Below, in pieces: positions 57,595-64,000 of a stretch of DNA of 64,000 nt. The DNA comes from Escherichia coli O157 typing phage 7. Position 1 is the first letter of the stretch. Every line of letters begins with the position of its first letter. The position numbers and the translations under genes were made by a program. The notes under the pieces were generated by a model. The model searched no databases. It was given only the letters and a program-made list of their open reading frames with translations, and was not told where the DNA came from. The stretch is taken from the sequence record KP869105; one strand, written 5' to 3'.

Positions 57595-57888
57595 TCAGCT
57601 GTAACGATAACACTCGTTTGATTTACGTTTAGCAACTCGTTGAGAAGTATTATAATCAAAATCATCATCAATGTAAACTGATTTTTTCAACTTTCTTACT
57701 TCACCGCGTAATTGACGATTTAACTCATCTTTAACTTCTGAATCAATACCTTTCATTCTACGCCATTTATCTGAGCGAAAAATGTTTTCAACCATATCTT
57801 TATGACTTACCCCATCAGGAGCTTTACGCTTTCCGAAATAGTCATAATCACGCACTTTTAAGTCTTTACGACGATACGTTTTACCCAT
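57595..57888 (-). CDS. Hypothetical basic protein (97 aa)
   Basis: ORF track 57595..57933 trimmed to ATG 57888 (MGKTYRRKDLKVRDYDYFGKRK...) with AAGGAAATT RBS. Confidence 0.5.
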   Translation of the reverse strand: MGKTYRRKDLKVRDYDYFGKRKAPDGVSHKDMVENIFRSDKWRRMKGIDSEVKDELNRQLRGEVRKLKKSVYIDDDFDYNTSQRVAKRKSNECYRYS

Positions 57889-58063
57889 GGAGTTTAATTT
57901 CCTTAGCAACTGAACTAAATGCAGCACGATCACAAATCATGTGTTTATGTAACTTAAGTATAAGATAATAAACATCATAACCATTTACGTAAGTAACGCG
58001 AACAGCATTACCATTAATAAGATAATACTGTCCCTTTTTAATTTCTTTATCAACCACAACCAT
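57881..58063 (-). CDS. Hypothetical protein (60 aa)
   Basis: ORF in track downstream of early promoter 58094-58123. Confidence 0.5.
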   Translation of the reverse strand: MVVVDKEIKKGQYYLINGNAVRVTYVNGYDVYYLILKLHKHMICDRAAFSSVAKEIKLHG

Positions 58064-58093
58064 ATCAAATCCTCAAAGGCAATTCATGTGTTA

Positions 58094-58123
58094 ATAATAC
58101 CACGGTTTGAACTTGTTGTAAAC
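58094..58123 (-). promoter_or_regulatory. T4-type early promoter
   Basis: Minus strand GTTTAC-N18-TATTAT. Confidence 0.55.
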
Positions 58124-58221
58124 AACTTTGTGAAAATTATTTTAGGGAATGATAAGAAGGGAACGATAGCTTAGAATGGTAATATACAGAATGTAAGAAA
58201 GAAAGGCCCAGAGGGCCCGTC

Positions 58222-58545
58222 TTAGTCTTCTATGATATCTCTATCATATCCAAGTGAAATGAGAGTTTCTTTGAAGTGTTTAATGTTCTTTTGTCTAGAA
58301 TCATTGATGAAAATGACTGGATAACGAATGTTAAGAGATGTGAATCCGGCGCGTTTAGCAAGAGATACAATCAGTGGACGATCATACTCAATCTTACCAT
58401 TATTTGTAAGAACTTTATAGAAAGTAAAAGGAGCATTGAGCTCCTTTAGAAGTTTTGTAACTGATTGACATCCAGGACAACGACCTACTTCATCTGGAAT
58501 TCCATAGACTTCAATCTTATTCTTTAAGTTCGAGTTTTGTTCCAC
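58222..58545 (-). CDS. nrdH: NrdH-like glutaredoxin (CPGC active site); start uncertain (GTG at 58545)
   Basis: Thioredoxin-fold sequence KIEVYGIPDEVGRCPGCQSVTKLL...; no in-frame ATG near the domain start; GTG preceded by AAGGAA. Confidence 0.5.
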   Translation of the reverse strand: MEQNSNLKNKIEVYGIPDEVGRCPGCQSVTKLLKELNAPFTFYKVLTNNGKIEYDRPLIVSLAKRAGFTSLNIRYPVIFINDSRQKNIKHFKETLISLGYDRDIIED

Positions 58546-58828
58546 GAGAAATAATTCCTTGGTAAGCCCAATAAGGAGGATTAACAGAATCATTACCAGA
58601 ATTTTCTTCAGGGAAATAAACCTGGATAACGAAGCCGGATTCATCAAAGGTGAAATAAGTAGTAGGCAGTTCACCTAACAAATCAGCACGAGCGTTGATT
58701 TCTTCGAGGTCTTGTTCACGTCCAGCCCAGAAGCTTGGGTTCAGACTACATTCATAGAAATAATAGTCATTACCGAACATATCAAAACCATTCCAACTCT
58801 CTACTACATACCGCTCAAAACTAATCAT
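58517..58828 (-). CDS. Hypothetical protein (103 aa)
   Basis: ORF in track. Confidence 0.5.
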   Translation of the reverse strand: MISFERYVVESWNGFDMFGNDYYFYECSLNPSFWAGREQDLEEINARADLLGELPTTYFTFDESGFVIQVYFPEENSGNDSVNPPYWAYQGIISRGTKLELKE

Positions 58829-58830
58829 AA

Positions 58831-59046
58831 TTAAGCCTTTTTATCAAGAACAGCATTCAGCTTGTTAGTAATTTTATCCAGACGCTCATTGAACTCACTA
58901 GAAGATAAGCCTTTTTCTGGAGAAATTAAGCTAATCACGAAAAATACAACAATAAAAGGAATAAGGAAAATAGCTCCAACTGCCATAAACAGAAAGAATG
59001 TTACAGTTGTAAGAAAATCAGCTAAACCTTTACGAAATTTATACAT
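58831..59046 (-). CDS. Hypothetical membrane protein (71 aa)
   Basis: ORF in track with hydrophobic core. Confidence 0.5.
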   Translation of the reverse strand: MYKFRKGLADFLTTVTFFLFMAVGAIFLIPFIVVFFVISLISPEKGLSSSEFNERLDKITNKLNAVLDKKA

Positions 59047-59161
59047 ATTTTACCCTTAATTGATTAACCAAGCATTGATAAGCACTAAACTATATTGGGA
59101 ATAAAATTCTGGACCAAAATGAAAAATCATATCATTTATAGTATCCATAATATAATTCAAT

Positions 59162-59632
59162 TTAATCATGTTTCCACACCCCATCGGTATTTGACCAAAG
59201 TCGCTGATTGTCTGATCCTCGCCACAGCTTTTTGGTCGGAAGATTTTTCTCATACTTCCCATCAATAATAACATCAACATATTTAAGCATTTCTAGTTGT
59301 TTAATATCTTCAAACTTATATCCTGTCCACAACCAAATGCTTTTATTGGGATAAAGATTTTTAATAGTTTGAACCACAGAGTGAATCACGTCTCTGTTAT
59401 CAGGATAAAGAGGGTCTCCTCCAGTTATAGTTAATCCTTCTATATAATCATTATTCAAACACTGAATCAGTTTTTCTAATGTCTCTCCGGTGAATGGAAT
59501 ACCATTTCTAGCATTCCATGTTGATTTATTATAACACCCTTCGCATTTATGCAAACAACCTGTAACGAAAAGAACGACCCTGCAACCAGGGCCATTCACA
59601 AAATCACAAGGATAAAATCTATCATAATTCAT
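59162..59632 (-). CDS. nrdG: Anaerobic ribonucleotide reductase activating protein NrdG (radical SAM)
   Basis: 156-aa ORF, identical length to T4 NrdG; CxxxCxxC motif (CLHKCEGC). Confidence 0.9.
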   Translation of the reverse strand: MNYDRFYPCDFVNGPGCRVVLFVTGCLHKCEGCYNKSTWNARNGIPFTGETLEKLIQCLNNDYIEGLTITGGDPLYPDNRDVIHSVVQTIKNLYPNKSIWLWTGYKFEDIKQLEMLKYVDVIIDGKYEKNLPTKKLWRGSDNQRLWSNTDGVWKHD

Positions 59633-61446
59633 TGATGCTTAACCCTATGCATGATTTCTTTATTTTTACCGAGATTAAATCCGCGCTCGTTCGGATTTCC
59701 CAAATAACCACATGTTCTTCTTATTGTATTCATCTTTTTAGGATCAGTTTCTCCACAAATAGAACAAACAAATCCGTTTTCAGTAGGAGTCATTTCATGG
59801 GTACTTCCGCATGTAAAACATTTATCTACTGGCATATTAACACCAAAATAATCTAAATGTTGTGCAGCATAATCCCATACGGCCTCAAGGCCTTTTAAGT
59901 TATTTTTCATATCAGGAAGTTCAACATAAGAAATGTGACCACCTGTCGCAATGAAATGATATGGCGCTTCACGAGAAATCTTTTCAAACGGAGTAATATT
60001 TTCTTCTACTGAAACATGGAAACTGTTAGTGTACCAACCTTTATCGGTAACATCTTTTACGCTTCCATATTTTTCTGTATCGAGTTTACAGAAGCGATAA
60101 CAAAGGTTTTCAGCAGGAGTCGAATATAAACTAAAAGCAAATCCGGTTCTTTCAGTCCACTGTTTAAGATGAGCATTCATTTTAGTTAAAATTTCTCGTC
60201 CAATATCACGACCGACAAGAATATTCAATTCGTGAATACCAATGTATCCTAAAGACACTGAACTTCTACCATTTTTAAATAACTCAATTATATCGTCATC
60301 AGGTTTAAGACGAACCCCGAATGCACCTTCTTGGTAAAGAATAGGAGCAACAGTAGCTTTAACTCCTTTTAAGGAACTAATTCTACACATCAAAGCTTCA
60401 AAACATAAATCCATTCGTTCATTAAATAGCTCAACAAATTTCTGTTCATTGAACTGTGTTCCAATATAAGAATCTAACGCGATGCGAGGAAGATTCAGTG
60501 TTACAACACCAAGATTATTACGTCCATCAAGAATTTCATTACCAGTCGAATCTTTCCATACGCTCAAGAAACTACGGCAACCCATTGGAGAAACAGGAAC
60601 AGATGAACCAGTGATAGCTTTATTGTTCTTAGCTGAAATAATATCAGGATACATCCTTTTGCTTGCACACTCTAGAGCAAGCTGCTTAATATCATAATTC
60701 GGATCGTCTTTGTAAAGATTAACGCCTTCTTCGACGAACATAACAAGCTTAGGAAAAATAGGAGTTATCCCATCACGACCGAGACCTTTAATGCGGTTTT
60801 TAAGAATTGCCTTCTGAATCATTCGTTCAGTCCAGTCAGTTCCCGTACCAAATGTAATTGTTACAAAAGGCGTTTGTCCGTTTGAACTAAAGAGAGTATT
60901 TACTTCATATTCATAAGCTTGGAATGCATCGTATACATCTTTTTCTGTTTTAGATTGAGCATAATTTAACGCATCAGCGATTTGCCATTTTTCTGCATCC
61001 TCAATATGTTTTGCATAGGTGCGTTTAACATAAGGAGAAAGTACTTTATCTACATTAGCAAAAGTCGTTCCGCCATATTGATGGGAAGCAACTTGCGCAG
61101 TAATTTGTGCCATAATTGCAGTAGCAACGCCAATTGATTTAGGAGTTTCAATCTGTGCATTACCAAGCTTAAATCCGTTCTCAAGCATTCCTTTTAAATC
61201 TACTAAACAGCAATTAGTAAATGGAAGAGCAGGGGAATAATCAATATCATGGAAATGAATAATTCCGCTTTCATGCGCTTTCATAATAAAAGACGGGACC
61301 ATATTTTTGGCAATGTGTTTAGACACAATACCAGCCATAAGGTCCCGTTGAGTTGGAAAAACACGAGAATCTTTATTAGCATTCTCGTTTAAAAGGTCTT
61401 TATTAGTTTTATGAATCAATCCTTCAATTTCTTTTTCAATTGTCAT
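59629..61446 (-). CDS. nrdD: Anaerobic ribonucleoside-triphosphate reductase NrdD, uninterrupted
   Basis: 605-aa continuous ORF, identical length to T4 NrdD; C-terminal glycyl-radical region and CxxC zinc site. Confidence 0.95.
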   Translation of the reverse strand: MTIEKEIEGLIHKTNKDLLNENANKDSRVFPTQRDLMAGIVSKHIAKNMVPSFIMKAHESGIIHFHDIDYSPALPFTNCCLVDLKGMLENGFKLGNAQIETPKSIGVATAIMAQITAQVASHQYGGTTFANVDKVLSPYVKRTYAKHIEDAEKWQIADALNYAQSKTEKDVYDAFQAYEYEVNTLFSSNGQTPFVTITFGTGTDWTERMIQKAILKNRIKGLGRDGITPIFPKLVMFVEEGVNLYKDDPNYDIKQLALECASKRMYPDIISAKNNKAITGSSVPVSPMGCRSFLSVWKDSTGNEILDGRNNLGVVTLNLPRIALDSYIGTQFNEQKFVELFNERMDLCFEALMCRISSLKGVKATVAPILYQEGAFGVRLKPDDDIIELFKNGRSSVSLGYIGIHELNILVGRDIGREILTKMNAHLKQWTERTGFAFSLYSTPAENLCYRFCKLDTEKYGSVKDVTDKGWYTNSFHVSVEENITPFEKISREAPYHFIATGGHISYVELPDMKNNLKGLEAVWDYAAQHLDYFGVNMPVDKCFTCGSTHEMTPTENGFVCSICGETDPKKMNTIRRTCGYLGNPNERGFNLGKNKEIMHRVKHQ

Positions 61447-61916
61447 TTTAAACTCTTTCTAAGCTGCTTCTTAAATGAAGCTATTAATTGTGTTTTAGTG
61501 TCAGATTCATTATATTCAAATCCTCTTTGAAGCATCTCAGCCATCATTTCCTCTTTTCCTAAACGAGAAAATTCCTTTGATTTATCTCCAACAAAGTTAG
61601 GATGAATATTATTTTGGGTGTAATCGGATTTTAAATAAGTAAGTAAATTTTCTAACCATTCAAGATAATCAACACCTTGCCCCTTTAAGCCAGAACGATT
61701 AAATTTATGTTTCATTTGACCTTCTGCGGCATTGCAGAGATTACAAAGCAATCCACGCACCTTTCCTGCTTTTGGTCCATTTAATTCATGGTCATGATCA
61801 AGATGATTAGCTTGAACATCAGGATTTAGTTCTCGTTGGCAAATTAAGCATTTACCGTTTTGTGCATTATAAAATTTTTGTTTTTCTTCTTTGTATAATT
61901 TGCCAGTCAATAACAT
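61443..61916 (-). CDS. 49: Endonuclease VII gp49 (Holliday junction resolvase)
   Basis: 157-aa ORF matching remembered T4 EndoVII (MLLTGKLYKEEKQKFY.AQNGKCLICQRELNPDVQANHLDHDHELNGPKAGKVRGLLCNLCNAAEG...). Confidence 0.92.
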   Translation of the reverse strand: MLLTGKLYKEEKQKFYNAQNGKCLICQRELNPDVQANHLDHDHELNGPKAGKVRGLLCNLCNAAEGQMKHKFNRSGLKGQGVDYLEWLENLLTYLKSDYTQNNIHPNFVGDKSKEFSRLGKEEMMAEMLQRGFEYNESDTKTQLIASFKKQLRKSLK

Positions 61917-61958
61917 AATAAAACCCTTACCTTAAATAGATAAGGGTATTTATTATTT

Positions 61959-62444
61959 TCAAGTATTGAAAAACATTTGATTCAATCGCTTATATTGCCG
62001 AATCTTTTGGTCAGAAAAAGAAATTTGGGTTTCAAGCCATTCAATATATTCTGCCGCAGCTTGCATCAAATTTCCTTCATAGCCATCGTTATTTTCTTGT
62101 GCAGCTAATTTAGCTAATGCGTATGAAATACGTTCACCTTGAAAATCAGCTTTAGGCTTCTGAACAACTTGATTAGTTCTCTCTACAACTTCTTCAATTT
62201 CGCCATTTTCTACTGATTCAGTATTCCACAAGCACCAATACGTAATTGGCTTATCGTAGATGTTAATAATCTTTCCATCAGAAAGTTCAATTTCAATAAT
62301 TCCAGTATCAGGTTCTATATCATCTTCACATTCTTTTGCAAGTTCACGAACTTTAAAGACAGTACCTGCACTAAGTTCCGGCCAGTAATTACACAGCCCT
62401 GTATCAGCACGATTAATTCTAAACCACTTATCTACTGTAATCAT
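61959..62444 (-). CDS. pin: Pin (Lon protease inhibitor)-like protein
   Basis: ORF track (TTG) trimmed to ATG 62444 giving 161 aa as T4 Pin; position downstream of gene 49. Confidence 0.65.
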   Translation of the reverse strand: MITVDKWFRINRADTGLCNYWPELSAGTVFKVRELAKECEDDIEPDTGIIEIELSDGKIINIYDKPITYWCLWNTESVENGEIEEVVERTNQVVQKPKADFQGERISYALAKLAAQENNDGYEGNLMQAAAEYIEWLETQISFSDQKIRQYKRLNQMFFNT

Positions 62445-62567
62445 GTCCCATCTCCATATCAATTAAGTCATTTATCGTTGGTTCATTATATATTGTTTCT
62501 TCATCAGTGTAAACCGGTTCTTCCGGCTCTGGCTCTACAGTTTCCCATCTAGCCGCCCACCAAGGTT

Positions 62568-62888
62568 TTATAGCGTAATCCATTCTCGTACTATCTGAGT
62601 TACTACACGTTCATGGGGCTCGACTAGTTCAACAGTCGGAACTGCATAATACCAGTCAGAATGATAAGAACCTGACCGAGATTCATTTACCGCTACATGT
62701 ACATTATGTTTTGGACTAAAGTAAACACACTGACGATATTGACATTTACCATCTTGCACCCAGTCTTCTATTTCGACAGGTTTAAGATAATCGGAAAAAT
62801 CGAAATCATAGTTTTCCGAAAATGCATCATGGTCTTCAATGATTTCGCTCAGAACTGCATCAACATCTAATTTATTTTCAATAGTCAT
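62568..62888 (-). CDS. Hypothetical acidic protein (106 aa)
   Basis: ORF in track. Confidence 0.5.
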   Translation of the reverse strand: MTIENKLDVDAVLSEIIEDHDAFSENYDFDFSDYLKPVEIEDWVQDGKCQYRQCVYFSPKHNVHVAVNESRSGSYHSDWYYAVPTVELVEPHERVVTQIVREWITL

Positions 62889-63071
62889 TTTTCACCAATT
62901 AATTTCGCAATTTATTAAGTTCTTCATCATCAATCCAGGATTCTAGTCCTGATGGCAGGGCACATTCAATTTCCCAAAGAAGTTCTTCAATTTTCTGAAG
63001 ACGTTCTAGTTCTTCGGCTGGAATAGTAACCATTGACGGAGCTCGTGATACATTAATATCGTAAATCATAT

Positions 63072-63287
63072 TTACCCCAATTTAACCATACAATCGCCGT
63101 ATTTCCACTTAGAAATAGACTTTTCACCATTAGAATAATAAACTTCGAGTTTAGCACGATTATTTTTAATTTGAATAACCTTGGCTGTCATCAAAGTTCC
63201 ATACCCATAATAAACTGCAACTTCATCACCTACATATACCGCGCTTCCGCGGTAATCATGAATATAGTCAGTTCCTTCGAGCATCAT
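63072..63287 (-). CDS. Hypothetical protein (71 aa)
   Basis: ORF in track. Confidence 0.5.
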   Translation of the reverse strand: MMLEGTDYIHDYRGSAVYVGDEVAVYYGYGTLMTAKVIQIKNNRAKLEVYYSNGEKSISKWKYGDCMVKLG

Positions 63288-63547
63288 TTAAAATATTCTC
63301 GCAGTTGGTCAAATCCACCAATATGACTTCCATCAGGAGCAAATACCTGGGGCATTGTCAAGCCGATTTGAGTATCACGACCTAGTTTAGTCAGAAGCTC
63401 AGCGATTTTCTCATCATCAAAAACACCTTTTTCCGGCATAATGTTGATAAATTCAAACGGCTGTTTCTTCACGGTCAAAAGACGTTTTGCATTATCGCAA
63501 TACACACATTTATGAATGTTGCTATCATAACCATATACTTTAAACAT
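63284..63547 (-). CDS. nrdC: Glutaredoxin NrdC
   Basis: 87-aa ORF matching remembered T4 NrdC with CVYC active site. Confidence 0.9.
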   Translation of the reverse strand: MFKVYGYDSNIHKCVYCDNAKRLLTVKKQPFEFINIMPEKGVFDDEKIAELLTKLGRDTQIGLTMPQVFAPDGSHIGGFDQLREYFK

Positions 63548-63548
63548 A

Positions 63549-63791
63549 TTATTCCTTAATTCCTAGTACTTGTTTAAAAGTCTCGTCGTAATCAAGACTT
63601 TGGCCCGTTTGTTCTTTATGTTTGTATATAATATCACTTACTTCTGATAGCATATTTTTATATGAACGAGTTAAAGCAGATTTAAGCACGCTGTATCTAT
63701 CAGGAAATTTACCATGTTCATTATAATAAGCTATTGCTAATTCACGGACTGCCTTTTCAGCAGCCTCCATATATTCTTTACGCTTGGTCAT
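63549..63791 (-). CDS. Hypothetical protein (80 aa)
   Basis: ORF in track. Confidence 0.5.
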   Translation of the reverse strand: MTKRKEYMEAAEKAVRELAIAYYNEHGKFPDRYSVLKSALTRSYKNMLSEVSDIIYKHKEQTGQSLDYDETFKQVLGIKE

Positions 63792-63793
63792 TT

Positions 63794-64000
63794 TTAATCC
63801 AAAATATTATTAGGCATTGGTTGAACACTCACAAGTTCTTTAAAGAACTCAGTAGAGTCAGGCAATTTAACCATTTCCGGAGCATGCTTACTGAATTTAT
63901 GTTTACATTGACGGCATTTATATTCAAGCTCTGGTTTACGCCAGTTAATCAACTGAACTTGTTCAGTACCGCATTCAGGGCAATTAGGAACGTTTTTAGA
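63794..64000 (-). CDS. Zinc-ribbon protein, 3' portion (start lies beyond window end)
   Basis: Open minus-strand frame to window edge; CPECG...CRQC motif; stop at 63794-63796. Confidence 0.45.
   Translation of the reverse strand, partial: SKNVPNCPECGTEQVQLINWRKPELEYKCRQCKHKFSKHAPEMVKLPDSTEFFKELVSVQPMPNNILD

Noticed and set aside
1-64000. tRNA genes, integrase/lysogeny module, CRISPR array, IS elements
   Set aside because: No cloverleaf-like conserved tRNA segments noticed; no tyrosine/serine recombinase or repressor-like ORFs; gene content is that of a virulent T-even phage.

Overview
This window is a contiguous segment of a T-even (T4-like, Tequatrovirus-type) virulent coliphage genome, co-linear with T4 from tail-fibre gene 34 through nrdC. 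All calls are from reading the sequence and the supplied ORF track against remembered T4 proteins; no search was run. Plus strand (late genes): long tail fibre genes 34 (5' partial), 35, 36, 37, a T2-type gp38 adhesin, and holin t. Minus strand (early/middle genes): asiA, arn, motA, topoisomerase 52, ac, stp, ndd, denB, rIIB, rIIA, topoisomerase 39, dexA, dda, srd, modA, modB, soc, dCTPase 56, primase 61, spackle, helicase 41, 40, uvsX, a glycosyltransferase, dCMP hydroxymethylase 42, imm, DNA polymerase 43, regA, 62, 44, 45, rpbA, 46, 47, alpha-gt, sigma factor 55, nrdH-like, nrdG, nrdD, endonuclease VII (49), pin and nrdC, interleaved with many small hypothetical ORFs. Regulatory signals are T4-typical: at least 14 copies of a conserved early promoter, MotA-box middle promoters, TATAAATA late promoters and a family of GC-rich tetraloop hairpins. 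Compared with T4 as I remember it, gene 39 is unsplit (no gene 60 bypass or mobA), nrdD is intronless, no homing endonuclease ORFs are seen, no dam/segF sits between 56 and 61, and the beta-gt locus carries a DxD-type glycosyltransferase. I could not single out one decisive undescribed system. The best leads are an artefactual-looking duplication around an N-gap in gene 34, a homopolymer frameshift splitting a gene at 56874-57201, a repeat-flanked paralog module next to spackle (36256-37255), a paralog pair sharing a C-terminal domain (24871-25936), a plus-strand membrane ORF between 56 and 61, and a Cys/Ser-tailed ORF (33208-33549).
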